Of a stretch of 64,000 bases of DNA, positions 24,540 to 34,947 are shown piece by piece. A program made the translations under genes and the position numbers. How positions within the stretch are numbered: the stretch's first letter is position 1; each line of letters opens with the position of its first letter. The stretch comes from Clostridiales bacterium (GTDB lineage: Bacteria; Bacillota; Clostridia; Christensenellales; SZUA-584), in the NCBI GenBank assembly GCA_029265435.1, contig JAJUJH010000003.1, forward strand, positions 935-64,934. The letters are read 5' to 3'. The notes beneath the pieces were generated by a model, which did not search any database, was not told the DNA's origin, and saw only the letters and a program-made list of their open reading frames with translations.

Positions 24540-26221
24540 GGCAGTTGCTTATTACAAAGCGGATTTCTGCGCTGACCGCCCAGCTCGACGAGCTTAAGGC
24601 GAAAGACGCCGGATTCGAGGAGCGAAGCAAAGCGCTGAAAACACGCGAAGCGGAGTTGGAGGCGGCGGTGAGTGAACTTGCCGATGACGCACCGGAAGAT
24701 GACCGCACAGCGATCGACGAGATGGCGGACGAGTATGAAGCCGACAAAGCTGCACTCGAATCCGAGCAGAGCGAACATGAGGTCAGCAAACAGAGGCTGG
24801 CGGACGAAATTCAGAGGCTGACCGACGAACTGGAGGAACTGAACAAAAAAGCGGCTGAACCGCCAAAGGCGGCAGAAGGAAGGAAAGGTGTAAATGATCA
24901 AATGGAAACAAGAATGAAATTTTTCGGGGGCATTTCAACGGAACAGCGGAGCGCCATTTTTGCGCGAGACGACGTGAGACAGTTCGTTCAGCGTGTGCGC
25001 GAATTTGTCGGCGAAAAACGGTCAGTGACAGGAGCGAACCTGCTGATACCTGATGTGATGCTCGGGTTGCTGCGGGACAACGTGGCAGAGCAATCAAGGC
25101 TGATTAGCAGGGTCAACCTTAAGCCGGTCAAGGGGACGGCACGGCAGAACATTACCGGCACCATACCTGAAGCGGTATGGACGGAGATGATCGGATCTCT
25201 GAATGAACTTGAGATTGGCTTTAATCAGGTTGAGGTGGACGGGTTTAAGGTCGGCGGATATGTGGCTGTATCAAATGCAATTTTGCAGGATAACGACATT
25301 AACCTTGTGGGCGAGGTTATGACCCAGATTGCAAAAGCAATCGCTAAGGCGATTGATAAAGCCATCATTTATGGCACGGGTGTAAAACAGCCTTTGGGTA
25401 TTGTCACGCGTCTTGCACAGACCAGCGCTCCGTCTGATTATCCGGCCAACGCTCCGGCATGGGTGGATCTGCATACTACAAACATCAGCAAGGTTAACAC
25501 CACGGGTGCTGCTCTTATCGGGAGCATTGTGTCGGCATTCGGCGCGTGCAAAAATGATTTCTCGGACGGCCGGAAATTTTTCGCGATGAACAGCGCGACC
25601 TACTCATATCTCGTGACGACACTGCTGAACTTTAATGCTGCAGGCGCCATCGTAACGGGTATGAACGCGCAAATGCCTATCCTCGGCGGCGATATCGTTA
25701 TTCTGGACTTTATGCCTGATTACGATATTGTCGGCGGTTACGGCGATTTGTATCTGCTTGCGGAACGCGAGGGCGTCACACTCGAATCCTCCGAGCATGT
25801 ACTGTTTGTGCAAGACGGTACAGTGTTTAAGGGTGTAGCGCGGTATGACGGGCTGCCGGTTATCGCAAAAGGATTTTTCCTTATCAACATCAAGAATACC
25901 GATGCGGCGACTTCGGCGACGTTTGCGCCTGACTATGCGAACACCGAGCTTGGCGTCCTCGGCGTGACGGCGGCGGCCGGCTCGGCATCAGGTGATACCG
26001 TATTGACGGTAACGGGCAAAGAGGCGTCCGGTACAACGCTTGCATATAAGATCGGCGATTACACGCTGAAATGTGGCCAGACGGTTACGAACTATGCCAC
26101 GCTCGTGTCTGGTACAACGCAGATTACGGCAGCGGCCGGAAAGATGATTACCGTTGTTGAGCTCAACAGCGACGGCAGAGTTATCAAGATCGGTAAAGCG
26201 GCGTCTATACCAAAAGCGTGA
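24497..26221 (+). CDS. Major capsid protein (HK97 fold) with long coiled-coil N-terminal domain and C-terminal Ig-like extension
   Basis: Central HK97-type core. E/A/K-rich first ~130 aa. The alternative start GTG 24530 has better spacing from AAGGAGAGG. Confidence 0.85.
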   Translation: MERKNEGEDETVALRQLLITKRISALTAQLDELKAKDAGFEERSKALKTREAELEAAVSELADDAPEDDRTAIDEMADEYEADKAALESEQSEHEVSKQRLADEIQRLTDELEELNKKAAEPPKAAEGRKGVNDQMETRMKFFGGISTEQRSAIFARDDVRQFVQRVREFVGEKRSVTGANLLIPDVMLGLLRDNVAEQSRLISRVNLKPVKGTARQNITGTIPEAVWTEMIGSLNELEIGFNQVEVDGFKVGGYVAVSNAILQDNDINLVGEVMTQIAKAIAKAIDKAIIYGTGVKQPLGIVTRLAQTSAPSDYPANAPAWVDLHTTNISKVNTTGAALIGSIVSAFGACKNDFSDGRKFFAMNSATYSYLVTTLLNFNAAGAIVTGMNAQMPILGGDIVILDFMPDYDIVGGYGDLYLLAEREGVTLESSEHVLFVQDGTVFKGVARYDGLPVIAKGFFLINIKNTDAATSATFAPDYANTELGVLGVTAAAGSASGDTVLTVTGKEASGTTLAYKIGDYTLKCGQTVTNYATLVSGTTQITAAAGKMITVVELNSDGRVIKIGKAASIPKA

Positions 26222-26234
26222 TAGGGGGTAGGTT

Positions 26235-26519
26235 ATGGCATATATGGAGGCGACGGTGCTGGGTATCGTCAAGGCGAGGCTCAACCGCCTCGCCTCCGAT
26301 ACCTCGCTTGACAATTATCTCAAACAGCGTATAGCGGCGGCAGACAAAGAACTTGAGCGGACAGGCATATCATTGACGGCAGACGATACAGACGATGCTG
26401 TTTTTTTAGCAGATTATGTCGCGTGGAAACACAATAACCGCGATCAGCAAACCATGCCGGAATGGCTTCGCCTTGCACGTCGTGAGCGCTGGTTAAAGGG
26501 GCGGTCTGATGATACTTGA
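26235..26519 (+). CDS. Head-tail connector (gp6-like DNA-packaging protein)
   Basis: Size, position and the D....YL......A...LE...GI.L pattern. Confidence 0.6.
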   Translation: MAYMEATVLGIVKARLNRLASDTSLDNYLKQRIAAADKELERTGISLTADDTDDAVFLADYVAWKHNNRDQQTMPEWLRLARRERWLKGRSDDT

Positions 26520-26868
26520 TAAAGGATACTGCTCGATATACGCGACAACGAACATTGCTGAGGCTGGCAATATGCCAGCGGAAGGGTTGACGTTGAAGCA
26601 TCAATCATGGTATGGCGAGCTGGATTTTAGCACCACTCCGTATCAGGGAGAGATGCAAGAGGATGTGGAGATATCTGCACGTGTCCGTATCGTCCAAAAC
26701 CGCAGCGTGAGCAACCACGATGTTGCTATCCTGTCGAGCGTCTTGCCGCCGCCGGACGACGCGATACAGTACCGTATTGTCCGGGCGTTTCACGGAGTGG
26801 ACGACGAGAACGGCCAGGCTATAACGGACTTGTCGCTGGAGAAGGTGGTGCAGCAGTATGTCCTATGA
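26509..26868 (+). CDS. Head closure / head-tail adaptor protein
   Basis: Assigned from position in the connector block and its 119-aa size. Confidence 0.5.
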   Translation: MILDKGYCSIYATTNIAEAGNMPAEGLTLKHQSWYGELDFSTTPYQGEMQEDVEISARVRIVQNRSVSNHDVAILSSVLPPPDDAIQYRIVRAFHGVDDENGQAITDLSLEKVVQQYVL

Positions 26869-27175
26869 TCCGCTGGAGAATTTTAAGGCGCTGTTGGTGC
26901 AGGTTGACCCGAAGGCCACGCACTACAAGTCCATGCAGCAGGAAAATTATACGGTATGGGCCGAGTACGGAACAATTGCGTTGCGCGGAAACGACACAAC
27001 AAGCGAGCGGGTATACAAGGTTCAAGTTGACCGATTCACCAAGGCGGAAAACGATTCGGTTGCGGCCGCTATCACTGCAATGCTGGACGAGCAGTGCGTC
27101 GGGTATGAGTATCTCGTAGACTACGAGCAGGATACCGGCTACATCCATCATATTTGGGACTGCAAGGTGGACTGA
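26858..27175 (+). CDS. Structural-module hypothetical protein
   Basis: 105-aa ORF translationally coupled within the connector block. Confidence 0.5.
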   Translation: MSYDPLENFKALLVQVDPKATHYKSMQQENYTVWAEYGTIALRGNDTTSERVYKVQVDRFTKAENDSVAAAITAMLDEQCVGYEYLVDYEQDTGYIHHIWDCKVD

Positions 27176-27176
27176 T

Positions 27177-27587
27177 ATGGCGCGGTTTGACACGTCAGGT
27201 ATAGACGACATTGTTGAGGAGATGCGGCGCATGGGCGAGCTGACGGGCGAAACGGCTGATGCTATGCTTTTGGCAGGAGCGGAGGAAGTCAAAAAAGCAT
27301 GGCAGACGTCCGCGGAGATACACGGGTTACGCGATACAGGCGCAATGATCGAATCAATCGGTTATTCGCGCACGCCAAAAACCATAGACGGTATTAGGCA
27401 GATCGATATTTATCCGCAAGGTAAGGACCGCAAAGGCATACGCAACGCAGAAAAAGCTTTCCTCAATCACTATGGAACATCACGTATTACGGCTACACAT
27501 TGGGTTGACGATGCTGATGAAATGTCGGCAGAACCCGTACAAAACGCAATGGAACGGGAATTTGAAAAATTAATCGGAAAGGAATGA
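27177..27587 (+). CDS. HK97 gp10-family tail-completion protein
   Basis: N-terminal FD..G.D.....M.......A..L..GAE..KKAW... pattern of the gp10 family. Confidence 0.65.
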   Translation: MARFDTSGIDDIVEEMRRMGELTGETADAMLLAGAEEVKKAWQTSAEIHGLRDTGAMIESIGYSRTPKTIDGIRQIDIYPQGKDRKGIRNAEKAFLNHYGTSRITATHWVDDADEMSAEPVQNAMEREFEKLIGKE

Positions 27588-27594
27588 TAAGAAC

Positions 27595-28377
27595 ATGGCA
27601 ATGGTAGGGCTGAAACGTCCTGTGTTTGCACCTATAGCGTCTGAAACGGCTGGATTAGTACCCACATACAAACCCGGGCTTATTGTGGGGGAAGCCATTG
27701 AAGCGAATGTGTCAATTGAGCTAAATGATAACCCGCTTTATGCAGATGATGCTGTGGCAGAAAGCGACAAAGGCTTCAAAAGCGGCACAATCAAAATGGG
27801 TGTTGATGACATCAGCAAAGAGGTTCATGTCGCGTGGTTTGGCGCGAAAACGCAGACGGTGAACGGTGTTGAAGAAGTTATAGACGGCGCATCACTGGTC
27901 GCGCCGATCGGCGGCTTCGGCTACTATCGGGTACGTCGCAAAAATGGTGTCAGAACGATCCGCGCATATTGGTACTACAAGACGCAATGGGGCGTGCCGT
28001 CTGAGGAGGCAAAAACAAAAGGCGAGCAAATCGAATGGCAGACACCGTCCGTCGAGGGCAATATTATGGTGTTGGACGATGAAAAATCGTCGTGGCGCAA
28101 ATGGGCGGATTTCTCAACAGAGGCTGCAGCAATCGAGTGGCTGTATGAGCTTGCCAATATCGGCGAGCCTGCCAGCAAGACTGCGCTCAACGCCGCAATA
28201 ACATCCGCGCAGGCGCTCGATCCGGAAGATTATACGTCTGTGAGCTGGGTTGATGTGGCAAACGCTCTCACAAACGCAATAGCGGTAGCAGCTATGGATT
28301 CACCGTCGCAAACGCGAGTGGATAATGCGACGTCGCAATTGACAACGGCGGTTGGGCTGCTTGTAGAACGCGAATGA
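27595..28377 (+). CDS. Major tail protein (phi13 family-like)
   Basis: MAMVGLKRPVFAPI...LYADDAVAE...G.IKMGVDD pattern. Positioned before the chaperone and tape measure genes. Confidence 0.75.
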   Translation: MAMVGLKRPVFAPIASETAGLVPTYKPGLIVGEAIEANVSIELNDNPLYADDAVAESDKGFKSGTIKMGVDDISKEVHVAWFGAKTQTVNGVEEVIDGASLVAPIGGFGYYRVRRKNGVRTIRAYWYYKTQWGVPSEEAKTKGEQIEWQTPSVEGNIMVLDDEKSSWRKWADFSTEAAAIEWLYELANIGEPASKTALNAAITSAQALDPEDYTSVSWVDVANALTNAIAVAAMDSPSQTRVDNATSQLTTAVGLLVERE

Positions 28378-28823
28378 AAAACATGAATAAGGAGGTAGGG
28401 GCGGACAACCGCCCCTATTTGCGTATGAGAGATAAAACGAGGGAGATATGGATAGGCGGAAAAAAATATACGGCCATTTTTACAGCCGACGCCCTTGCGG
28501 AAGTTATGGATGAATACGGCGGCTTAACCGCTATGTATGCCGAAATGGGCAAAAACAACAAGGCTGCAACCAAAATAGCGACATGGCTGATAGCGCTTGT
28601 CATAAATCAGGGTGTTGACTATGACAGGCACTATTTCGGCAAAGACGGGACATATATCACGGAGGCTGATGTGCGCTTCATGCCGCCGCGCGAGTTTATG
28701 GATGCACAGCGAGCAACGTTTGGAGCTATAAATGATGCATTTGCGGCAGATCTAAACGACGCCGAAGAAGAGGACGAGGTGCTCGCAGAAATAAAAAAGC
28801 CAAAGGCGGCGGCGAAAAAATAA
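28374..28823 (+). CDS. Tail assembly chaperone (short form)
   Basis: Positioned between the major tail and tape measure genes. Acidic C-terminus. Confidence 0.7.
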   Translation: MKNMNKEVGADNRPYLRMRDKTREIWIGGKKYTAIFTADALAEVMDEYGGLTAMYAEMGKNNKAATKIATWLIALVINQGVDYDRHYFGKDGTYITEADVRFMPPREFMDAQRATFGAINDAFAADLNDAEEEDEVLAEIKKPKAAAKK

Positions 28824-28990
28824 CGCCGTCGCGTCTTATATCACTGGCTTTAATTGCTGGAATTACCGAGAAAGATGCATGGCTGATGACGCCAGGCAAG
28901 ATCGTTACGCTTTATTGTTGGCGGCAGAAATATGATATGACGCTCCACGGTTTTGTGGAAAAGAAACCGAAAGACGGTGACTGGGAATGA
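28374..28990 (+). CDS. Tail assembly chaperone, -1 frameshift extended form
   Basis: A6 tract 28815-28820 lies directly before TAA. The -1 frame reads ...KKITPSRLISLALIAGITEKDAWLMTPGKIVTLYCWRQKYDMTLHGFVEKKPKDGDWE* and ends at the tape measure start. Confidence 0.6.
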
Positions 28991-31386
28991 AACGTGAAAT
29001 TATCACAACGCTGGCGCTGGACGGCGAGAAAGAATTTAAAAAAGGTCTTGAAGACGCCCAGCGCCAGATGCGGGTATTGGCATCTGAAAGCAAGTCCGTT
29101 ACGTCGGCGTTTGGAAATAATCAAGGTTCGCTTGAAGCCTTAACCGCAAAAAATAAACTTTTTACAAAGCAAGTCGAACAGCAAAAAGAAGTGGTGCAAG
29201 CTCTCGAAAAAGCGGTGCGAGACAGCGCACAGATGTACGGCGAAGCTGACAAAAAAACAGATGAATGGCGTATCAAGCTGAACAATGCTCAAGCAACGCT
29301 TAATAAACTGCACAACGAGCTCGAGGATAACGAAAAACAGATCAAAGATGCTACTGATGCAATGCAAGACATGGCAAAAGCAGAAGATGCTGCGGCAGAT
29401 AAAGCCAAAGGCATGGGCAAAGATCTGAAAGACGTTAATAAGCAAACGGGCGGATTTAAGGACCAGATAAAAGAGTTTGCGTCATCATCTATCGGGCAAA
29501 TGGCATCGTTAGCGGGAGCTGTTGCTATAGCGAAAGAAGCGTTTCAGGCGCTATGGAACATTATTGACGATGCCACAAACGCTGCTGATGAAATACTCAC
29601 ATTGTCGGAAAAAACGGGGATCGCCGTCGATACGCTTCAAGGTATGCAATATGCCGCACGATTCGTGGACGTCGAGCTTGATACCATGATGGGCGGCCTG
29701 TCAAAAACGGTTAAAGCGATCAAAGAAGCAAATACATCCGGCAAAGACTATATAGATATCACCGATAACATCACAGTATCAACAAAAGACCAAAACGGAC
29801 AGCTGCGTGACAGCCAGGACATCTATTATGACGTTATTGACGCGATCGGCGGTATTGCAAACGAGACCGAGCGCGAAATAGCGGCGCAAAAGATATTCGG
29901 CAAGTCATATCAAGATGTTATGCCCTTAATAAAGGCAGGATCGAGCGCAATAAAAAAGTACAGCGAGGACGCAAAAGACGCAGGTATCACGATTGATACC
30001 GTTACCGTTAAGGCCCTGGGAAAGCTAGATGACACGCTGGAAAAGGTGTCGGCCACCGCAGAAGCGCAAGGCGCAAAAATGGCGGCGGCTTTGGCTCCTG
30101 TTGCCGATACGCTTAGTATAGCATTATCAGAAATCAAATCCGCCGCTGTTGATGCGTTTACTGGGACAGATCGAGCAATCAATGGACTTATGCTTTGGGG
30201 AGGACTGTCTCGCGATGCCGCCGAAGCACAAGTGCAAAAAGCACAACAACTGGCGAATCTTGCGTATGTGATCGGAACATCCGTGGATGAAGCAAAGACG
30301 AAGGTGGATGAGCTTAACCAATACCTCATCACCCAGGGCGTGAGCGCGAATGAAGCGTATGGGCAGGCGCTCAATTATGTTGCGGACGGCATGGACGCGG
30401 TAGGTATTGCCCAGCAACAGATGCAAGAGGCGCAAGCGCAGTGGGACGAACAGGTGAACGCCGCGCTTGATAGTTACATCGCCAAGCGCGCCGAATATGA
30501 AGCTGCGGTATCAAAAACGCAAGAAGCATATCTGCAAGATATGGGCGGTTTGTTTGAAAAATTCGATGCGTCCCTGGCCGGCAGCAAACGAGAGCTTGAT
30601 AAATTATCTCAATCATTGCTCGATAACCTAAAATCACAGGTCGATGGTATACAGGGCTGGTCTGATGCAATGACGCAGCTGGCCAAACGCGGTATAAGCG
30701 ACGGACTGCTTAAAGAGCTGCGCGATATGGGCCCTGACGCCTATGCAAAAATACAAGCTCTCAATAACATGACCGATGCACAATTGGCGCAGTATGAATC
30801 GCTATATAAGAAGCGCAGTGAGGCGGCGCGGGATGCGGCAAAGACAGCGCTCGAACCAATGGCGCAAGATGTTGCCAATGCGCTTAAAGCCGCCGAGGAC
30901 GTTATAGCCAGCAAAAATGACGCAATGAAAACCCTCGGCAAAAATCTAGCCAAGGGCATAGGTGATGGCATAGACGCTGAAACATGGTATATCGAACAGT
31001 CGGCAAGGGACGCGGTTAATGCGGCTGTGGCCGCAGCAAAAAAGGCCGGCATCATACACTCTCCATCAAAACTCACTCGGGATGAAGTGGGTAAGAATCT
31101 CGGTAAAGGTGTAGGGTACGGGTTTATTGACGCGTTAAATGCGCTGACGCCCGATATCGAACGACAGCTTGAACAGACGGTCAATAATCTATCCAGTATA
31201 CCGGTAAGCAAGTCAAACGTCATAAGGATGAGCGATTACAGACCGTCAATCACGGTCAAGATCGAAGGTCCGATAGAAATTTACAACGATGACAGCTATG
31301 AGACGGTTGCCGAGAAGCTTGGCAGAGCAATTCAGAGCGCGGCGGTCGCAAACGGAGGGTATAATGGCTTGGCTACGATTTCGTGA
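28987..31386 (+). CDS. Tape measure protein
   Basis: 799 aa, helical, Ala/Gln/Lys-rich. Follows the chaperone pair. Confidence 0.9.
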   Translation: MKREIITTLALDGEKEFKKGLEDAQRQMRVLASESKSVTSAFGNNQGSLEALTAKNKLFTKQVEQQKEVVQALEKAVRDSAQMYGEADKKTDEWRIKLNNAQATLNKLHNELEDNEKQIKDATDAMQDMAKAEDAAADKAKGMGKDLKDVNKQTGGFKDQIKEFASSSIGQMASLAGAVAIAKEAFQALWNIIDDATNAADEILTLSEKTGIAVDTLQGMQYAARFVDVELDTMMGGLSKTVKAIKEANTSGKDYIDITDNITVSTKDQNGQLRDSQDIYYDVIDAIGGIANETEREIAAQKIFGKSYQDVMPLIKAGSSAIKKYSEDAKDAGITIDTVTVKALGKLDDTLEKVSATAEAQGAKMAAALAPVADTLSIALSEIKSAAVDAFTGTDRAINGLMLWGGLSRDAAEAQVQKAQQLANLAYVIGTSVDEAKTKVDELNQYLITQGVSANEAYGQALNYVADGMDAVGIAQQQMQEAQAQWDEQVNAALDSYIAKRAEYEAAVSKTQEAYLQDMGGLFEKFDASLAGSKRELDKLSQSLLDNLKSQVDGIQGWSDAMTQLAKRGISDGLLKELRDMGPDAYAKIQALNNMTDAQLAQYESLYKKRSEAARDAAKTALEPMAQDVANALKAAEDVIASKNDAMKTLGKNLAKGIGDGIDAETWYIEQSARDAVNAAVAAAKKAGIIHSPSKLTRDEVGKNLGKGVGYGFIDALNALTPDIERQLEQTVNNLSSIPVSKSNVIRMSDYRPSITVKIEGPIEIYNDDSYETVAEKLGRAIQSAAVANGGYNGLATIS

Positions 31387-32047
31387 TATTTATAGCGATG
31401 ACATGGGGGTGATTGTTGAATCGCTCCCCCCTGTGTCTGCGCCAAAACTTGTATATGAGACTATAACAGTACCCGGACGCGACGGGGATATGCTCCTGAC
31501 CGATGATGCATACGCTCCCATATCATATACCGTGACGCTGGGGGTTAAAGACTTTACGCGCCACGACGATATATCAGCGTGGTTGTTTGGCATAGGCGAT
31601 CTTGTACTATCATCAGACCCGAGCCGTAAGTACCGTGCGCGCATCGTGGAAGGATTGTCCTACGAGAAGGTGTCTCGGCGTTTCAGTCGCTTTAATGCCG
31701 TATTTACTTTACAGCCGTTTAAATATGAGGCAGAACCGATAACGCTTGTGCTTAATACTTCGGGTACAGTTTTTAATCCTGGCACACGCTGGAGCGAGCC
31801 AATCATCAAGGTGTTTGGCGCGGGTACGTTTACTATCGGAGGGTATAGCATGACAGTATCGGCAACGGCCGGCGAAGATAGCGTCACCATAAACAGCGAA
31901 ATACAGGAATGCTATTACGATCTATCAACGCCGCGAAACAATAAAGTTTCAGGCAATTTTCCGCGGCTGATGCCCGGCGAAGTAGCCGTTAATATAGGTA
32001 CGGGGATAAGCAAAGTAGAGCTGACCCCGCAATGGAGATGGTATTGA
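31364..32047 (+). CDS. Distal tail protein (Dit, siphovirus tail component)
   Basis: MAWLRFRDIYSDDMGVIVESLP...PGRDG pattern. ATG 31364 after GGAGGG; the track ORF starts earlier inside the tape measure gene. Confidence 0.75.
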   Translation: MAWLRFRDIYSDDMGVIVESLPPVSAPKLVYETITVPGRDGDMLLTDDAYAPISYTVTLGVKDFTRHDDISAWLFGIGDLVLSSDPSRKYRARIVEGLSYEKVSRRFSRFNAVFTLQPFKYEAEPITLVLNTSGTVFNPGTRWSEPIIKVFGAGTFTIGGYSMTVSATAGEDSVTINSEIQECYYDLSTPRNNKVSGNFPRLMPGEVAVNIGTGISKVELTPQWRWY

Positions 32048-33777
32048 TGATATACGCATATGATCCAACGGAAACAGGCGTACCTACGCATATGGGACGC
32101 GGCGCATTGGCGCCATCGGCGTGTTATGTAACCGAGGATATAAATGGGGCGTTTGAATTAACGATGGAACATCCGATAGACGCTTCTGGCAAATGGGGCA
32201 AGATAACGGAGACATGTCTTATCAAAGCGCCCACACATCGCGGCAACCAAATGTTTAGGGTATGCACAAAAAGCGTAAATTCGCAGACAAGGCGATTGAC
32301 AATTACGGCGAGGCATAAATTTTACGACCTTGAGCGCAATATGCTTTTAGATGTGCGCCCGACAGTGAAAAACGGACAGGATGCCGGCAATATTATACTC
32401 GCAGGATGTGCGGGGGCACATCCTTTTACGTTTTCATCTGACATTACAGATATCTCGAGTGCATATTATATCCGGCAAAATCCGGTGGCGGCGCTTATTG
32501 GAAACATTGATCAGTCGTTCATCAACCGCTGGGGTGGCGAGATACTACGCGACAACAATAGCATCGCTATCAACATGCGTATAGGCGCGGATAACGGAGT
32601 GCGGATTGCATACGGCAAGCAGCTGTCCGGTCTAAACCTCACGGTCGATATGACGAGCGTCTATACAAGAGTTATTCCCACGGCGCTTAACGCTTCGGGA
32701 GCGGTGATGTTGACTGATGCGATCTATTACGATAGTCCGTTGATTAACAACTATCCATACCCCATGTATGGCACTTTTGATACGGGGATACATGTAGGGC
32801 AGGCGGTCGATGAGGTTGTTGCATATCCAGACGAGGCGAGTGCAAAAACAGCGATGGCATCAATGGCGCAAGCTATGTTTGCTAATGGGTGCGATGTACC
32901 GACGGCGACATTGACGGTCGACTTTGCCAGATGGCAGGATACGGAAGAATATAAGCAGTATGCCGGACTATATACCGTGGGCCTTGGCGATGACGTGATC
33001 GTTTATCACAAAGACCTGGGTGTCGACGTCAAAATGCGTGTTGTGCAAATAAAGTGGGATTGCCTGAAAAACCGTGCAGCACAGCTCGTGCTCGGTACAA
33101 AATCGACGAGCATAACAAAAAGCGTGGTATCGATGGGAATTGATGTGTCTGCGCTAAAAACAAATGCAGCGGCGGTAATATCTCAGGGCGAGAGATATAA
33201 TGGCGTCACCATAACAAACAAAGACGGTTTTGTGACACAGGCCACTATTAATGGTAAAACGATAACAGTCAAGCAAAACAGCTATGACGGGCTTGCTATT
33301 TATGACGGCGCAACATACAAAGGCGGTGTGGCCGTTGTAAATGGAGAAGTTGTGATGGTATCTAACACCTTGACAAACGATGTTAATGGTGACTGTTATG
33401 CTCGCGTGGGGAATTTTGTAGATGGCGCAATAACATATAAAGGAGTAGAAATATTTCTCAAGTCGCTTTCTACAACAACACCGGTAGCGCGTATTTATGT
33501 ATCCTCAACATCGGGCGGCCGCTTGCTTATCAAGACTAAAGGCGGTGCATCCATAAGAATGGACGATAACTTCCCTTTGTCTGTGCGTGATGCTAGTGGC
33601 ATGGAACGAATATGTTTAGCATCAAATATGTTGCAAGTTTACGATGCTGTCGGCGAAATGAGACTTAGCGTGACGGCATCAGATGTTACCATGTTCACGC
33701 CAAGCGGAGAACATGGTATTGGCGTTGACGATTCCGGCCCGTATTATATTAAAAATTCTGAGGTGACTTATTTGTAA
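32047..33777 (+). CDS. Tail-associated (Tal) protein / prophage tail endopeptidase-type minor structural protein
   Basis: MIYAYDP...NGAFELTMEHPID...ITARHKFYDL N-terminal signature. ATGA overlap with dit. Confidence 0.75.
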   Translation: MIYAYDPTETGVPTHMGRGALAPSACYVTEDINGAFELTMEHPIDASGKWGKITETCLIKAPTHRGNQMFRVCTKSVNSQTRRLTITARHKFYDLERNMLLDVRPTVKNGQDAGNIILAGCAGAHPFTFSSDITDISSAYYIRQNPVAALIGNIDQSFINRWGGEILRDNNSIAINMRIGADNGVRIAYGKQLSGLNLTVDMTSVYTRVIPTALNASGAVMLTDAIYYDSPLINNYPYPMYGTFDTGIHVGQAVDEVVAYPDEASAKTAMASMAQAMFANGCDVPTATLTVDFARWQDTEEYKQYAGLYTVGLGDDVIVYHKDLGVDVKMRVVQIKWDCLKNRAAQLVLGTKSTSITKSVVSMGIDVSALKTNAAAVISQGERYNGVTITNKDGFVTQATINGKTITVKQNSYDGLAIYDGATYKGGVAVVNGEVVMVSNTLTNDVNGDCYARVGNFVDGAITYKGVEIFLKSLSTTTPVARIYVSSTSGGRLLIKTKGGASIRMDDNFPLSVRDASGMERICLASNMLQVYDAVGEMRLSVTASDVTMFTPSGEHGIGVDDSGPYYIKNSEVTYL

Positions 33778-33787
33778 GGAGGAGTAT

Positions 33788-34072
33788 ATGGCGCTTAAAA
33801 AACAAGTACTAACAAAATACGGAGTACTAGCGGAGTATCATAGAATTATCGAGATGCGTATTGATTGGTTTAGGCAAACAGCAACAATTATAATTGGTGT
33901 CTTTTTAAACGAAGCTGCTCGCCGCGAAGGTGCCAGCCCGTTAGAACGGCATCTATATAATACTGACGAATTTCCATTTAACCTCAAAACTGATACGCGC
34001 TTATCCGCTTATTTATTTCTTAAATCGTTGTCTGAATATACGGATGCCGAAGATATATTGGAAGGTGATTAA
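33788..34072 (+). CDS. Hypothetical tail-module protein
   Basis: 94-aa ORF with RBS AAGGAGGAG. Confidence 0.5.
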   Translation: MALKKQVLTKYGVLAEYHRIIEMRIDWFRQTATIIIGVFLNEAARREGASPLERHLYNTDEFPFNLKTDTRLSAYLFLKSLSEYTDAEDILEGD

Positions 34073-34074
34073 AC

Positions 34075-34944
34075 GTGATCAACAAATCATTGACATTAGA
34101 CTTTTGGGAAAAGCATATTAGACAAATTGAAGTCAATCAACACGAGAAAGACGGGCGTACATTTGCAATACAATGTACCACAGGAAGTTTGCCGATAAAC
34201 TTGTCGGGCGCGGCAGTGACTTTTTATGCACAAAAACCGGACGGCGAAGTGCTTTATAACGCCTGCACGATCACGGACGCCGCAACGGGGCGCATTACAT
34301 ACACAATGACGGAGCAGACGTGCGCCGTCGCCGGAACGCTGAAATGCTGGATTGAAATAATAAAGGCGGGCGCGACATTACGAAGCTTCGAGTTTGCAGT
34401 TTTGGTTAGGGCGGCGTTGGATGAATCCGAGGCAATCGAAAGCACATCAGAGTTTACAGCCTTAGAAACGGCGCTGGCAGATGTGGGAAACGTAAAAGCA
34501 AGCATTACCACGCTGGGGAATCAACTTAATGAATTTTTTAACAACATGAAAATATGGATATCTCCAAGCCCCGTTTCCCCGGCAATCTTTCTCGGTGGCG
34601 TGTGGACGCGCATAAAAGATAGGTTTTTGTTGGCGGCAGGTGACACATACGCGGCAGGAAGCACAGGCGGCGCGGCAACGGTAACGCTGACAGCTAACCA
34701 AAGTGGTGTTGCACCGCATAAGCACAAGGTAACCGACGAAAGCGGTACCAAAGGACTGGCCGCCGGCATAGATAATGTTGGCGGAACTGACGGCGACCAT
34801 TGGTGTTTCTGGGACAAAAACGTGGACGGCACAAACCGTGCCGCAGTGTTTTACGCATGGACAAATAGCGCGCAAAACGCCCTTGAACCACATAACAACA
34901 TGCCACCGTACGAGGCGGTTTATATTTGGAAAAGGACGGCGTAA
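34075..34944 (+). CDS. Receptor-binding/baseplate protein (BppU-like N-domain plus tail-collar-like C-terminus)
   Basis: N-terminal DFWEKHIRQIEVNQHEKDGRTF...LSGAAVTFYAQKPDGE... C-terminal GGAATVTLTANQSG.APHKH and EPHNNMPPYEAVYIW. GTG start. Confidence 0.65.
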   Translation: MINKSLTLDFWEKHIRQIEVNQHEKDGRTFAIQCTTGSLPINLSGAAVTFYAQKPDGEVLYNACTITDAATGRITYTMTEQTCAVAGTLKCWIEIIKAGATLRSFEFAVLVRAALDESEAIESTSEFTALETALADVGNVKASITTLGNQLNEFFNNMKIWISPSPVSPAIFLGGVWTRIKDRFLLAAGDTYAAGSTGGAATVTLTANQSGVAPHKHKVTDESGTKGLAAGIDNVGGTDGDHWCFWDKNVDGTNRAAVFYAWTNSAQNALEPHNNMPPYEAVYIWKRTA

Positions 34945-34947
34945 GAT

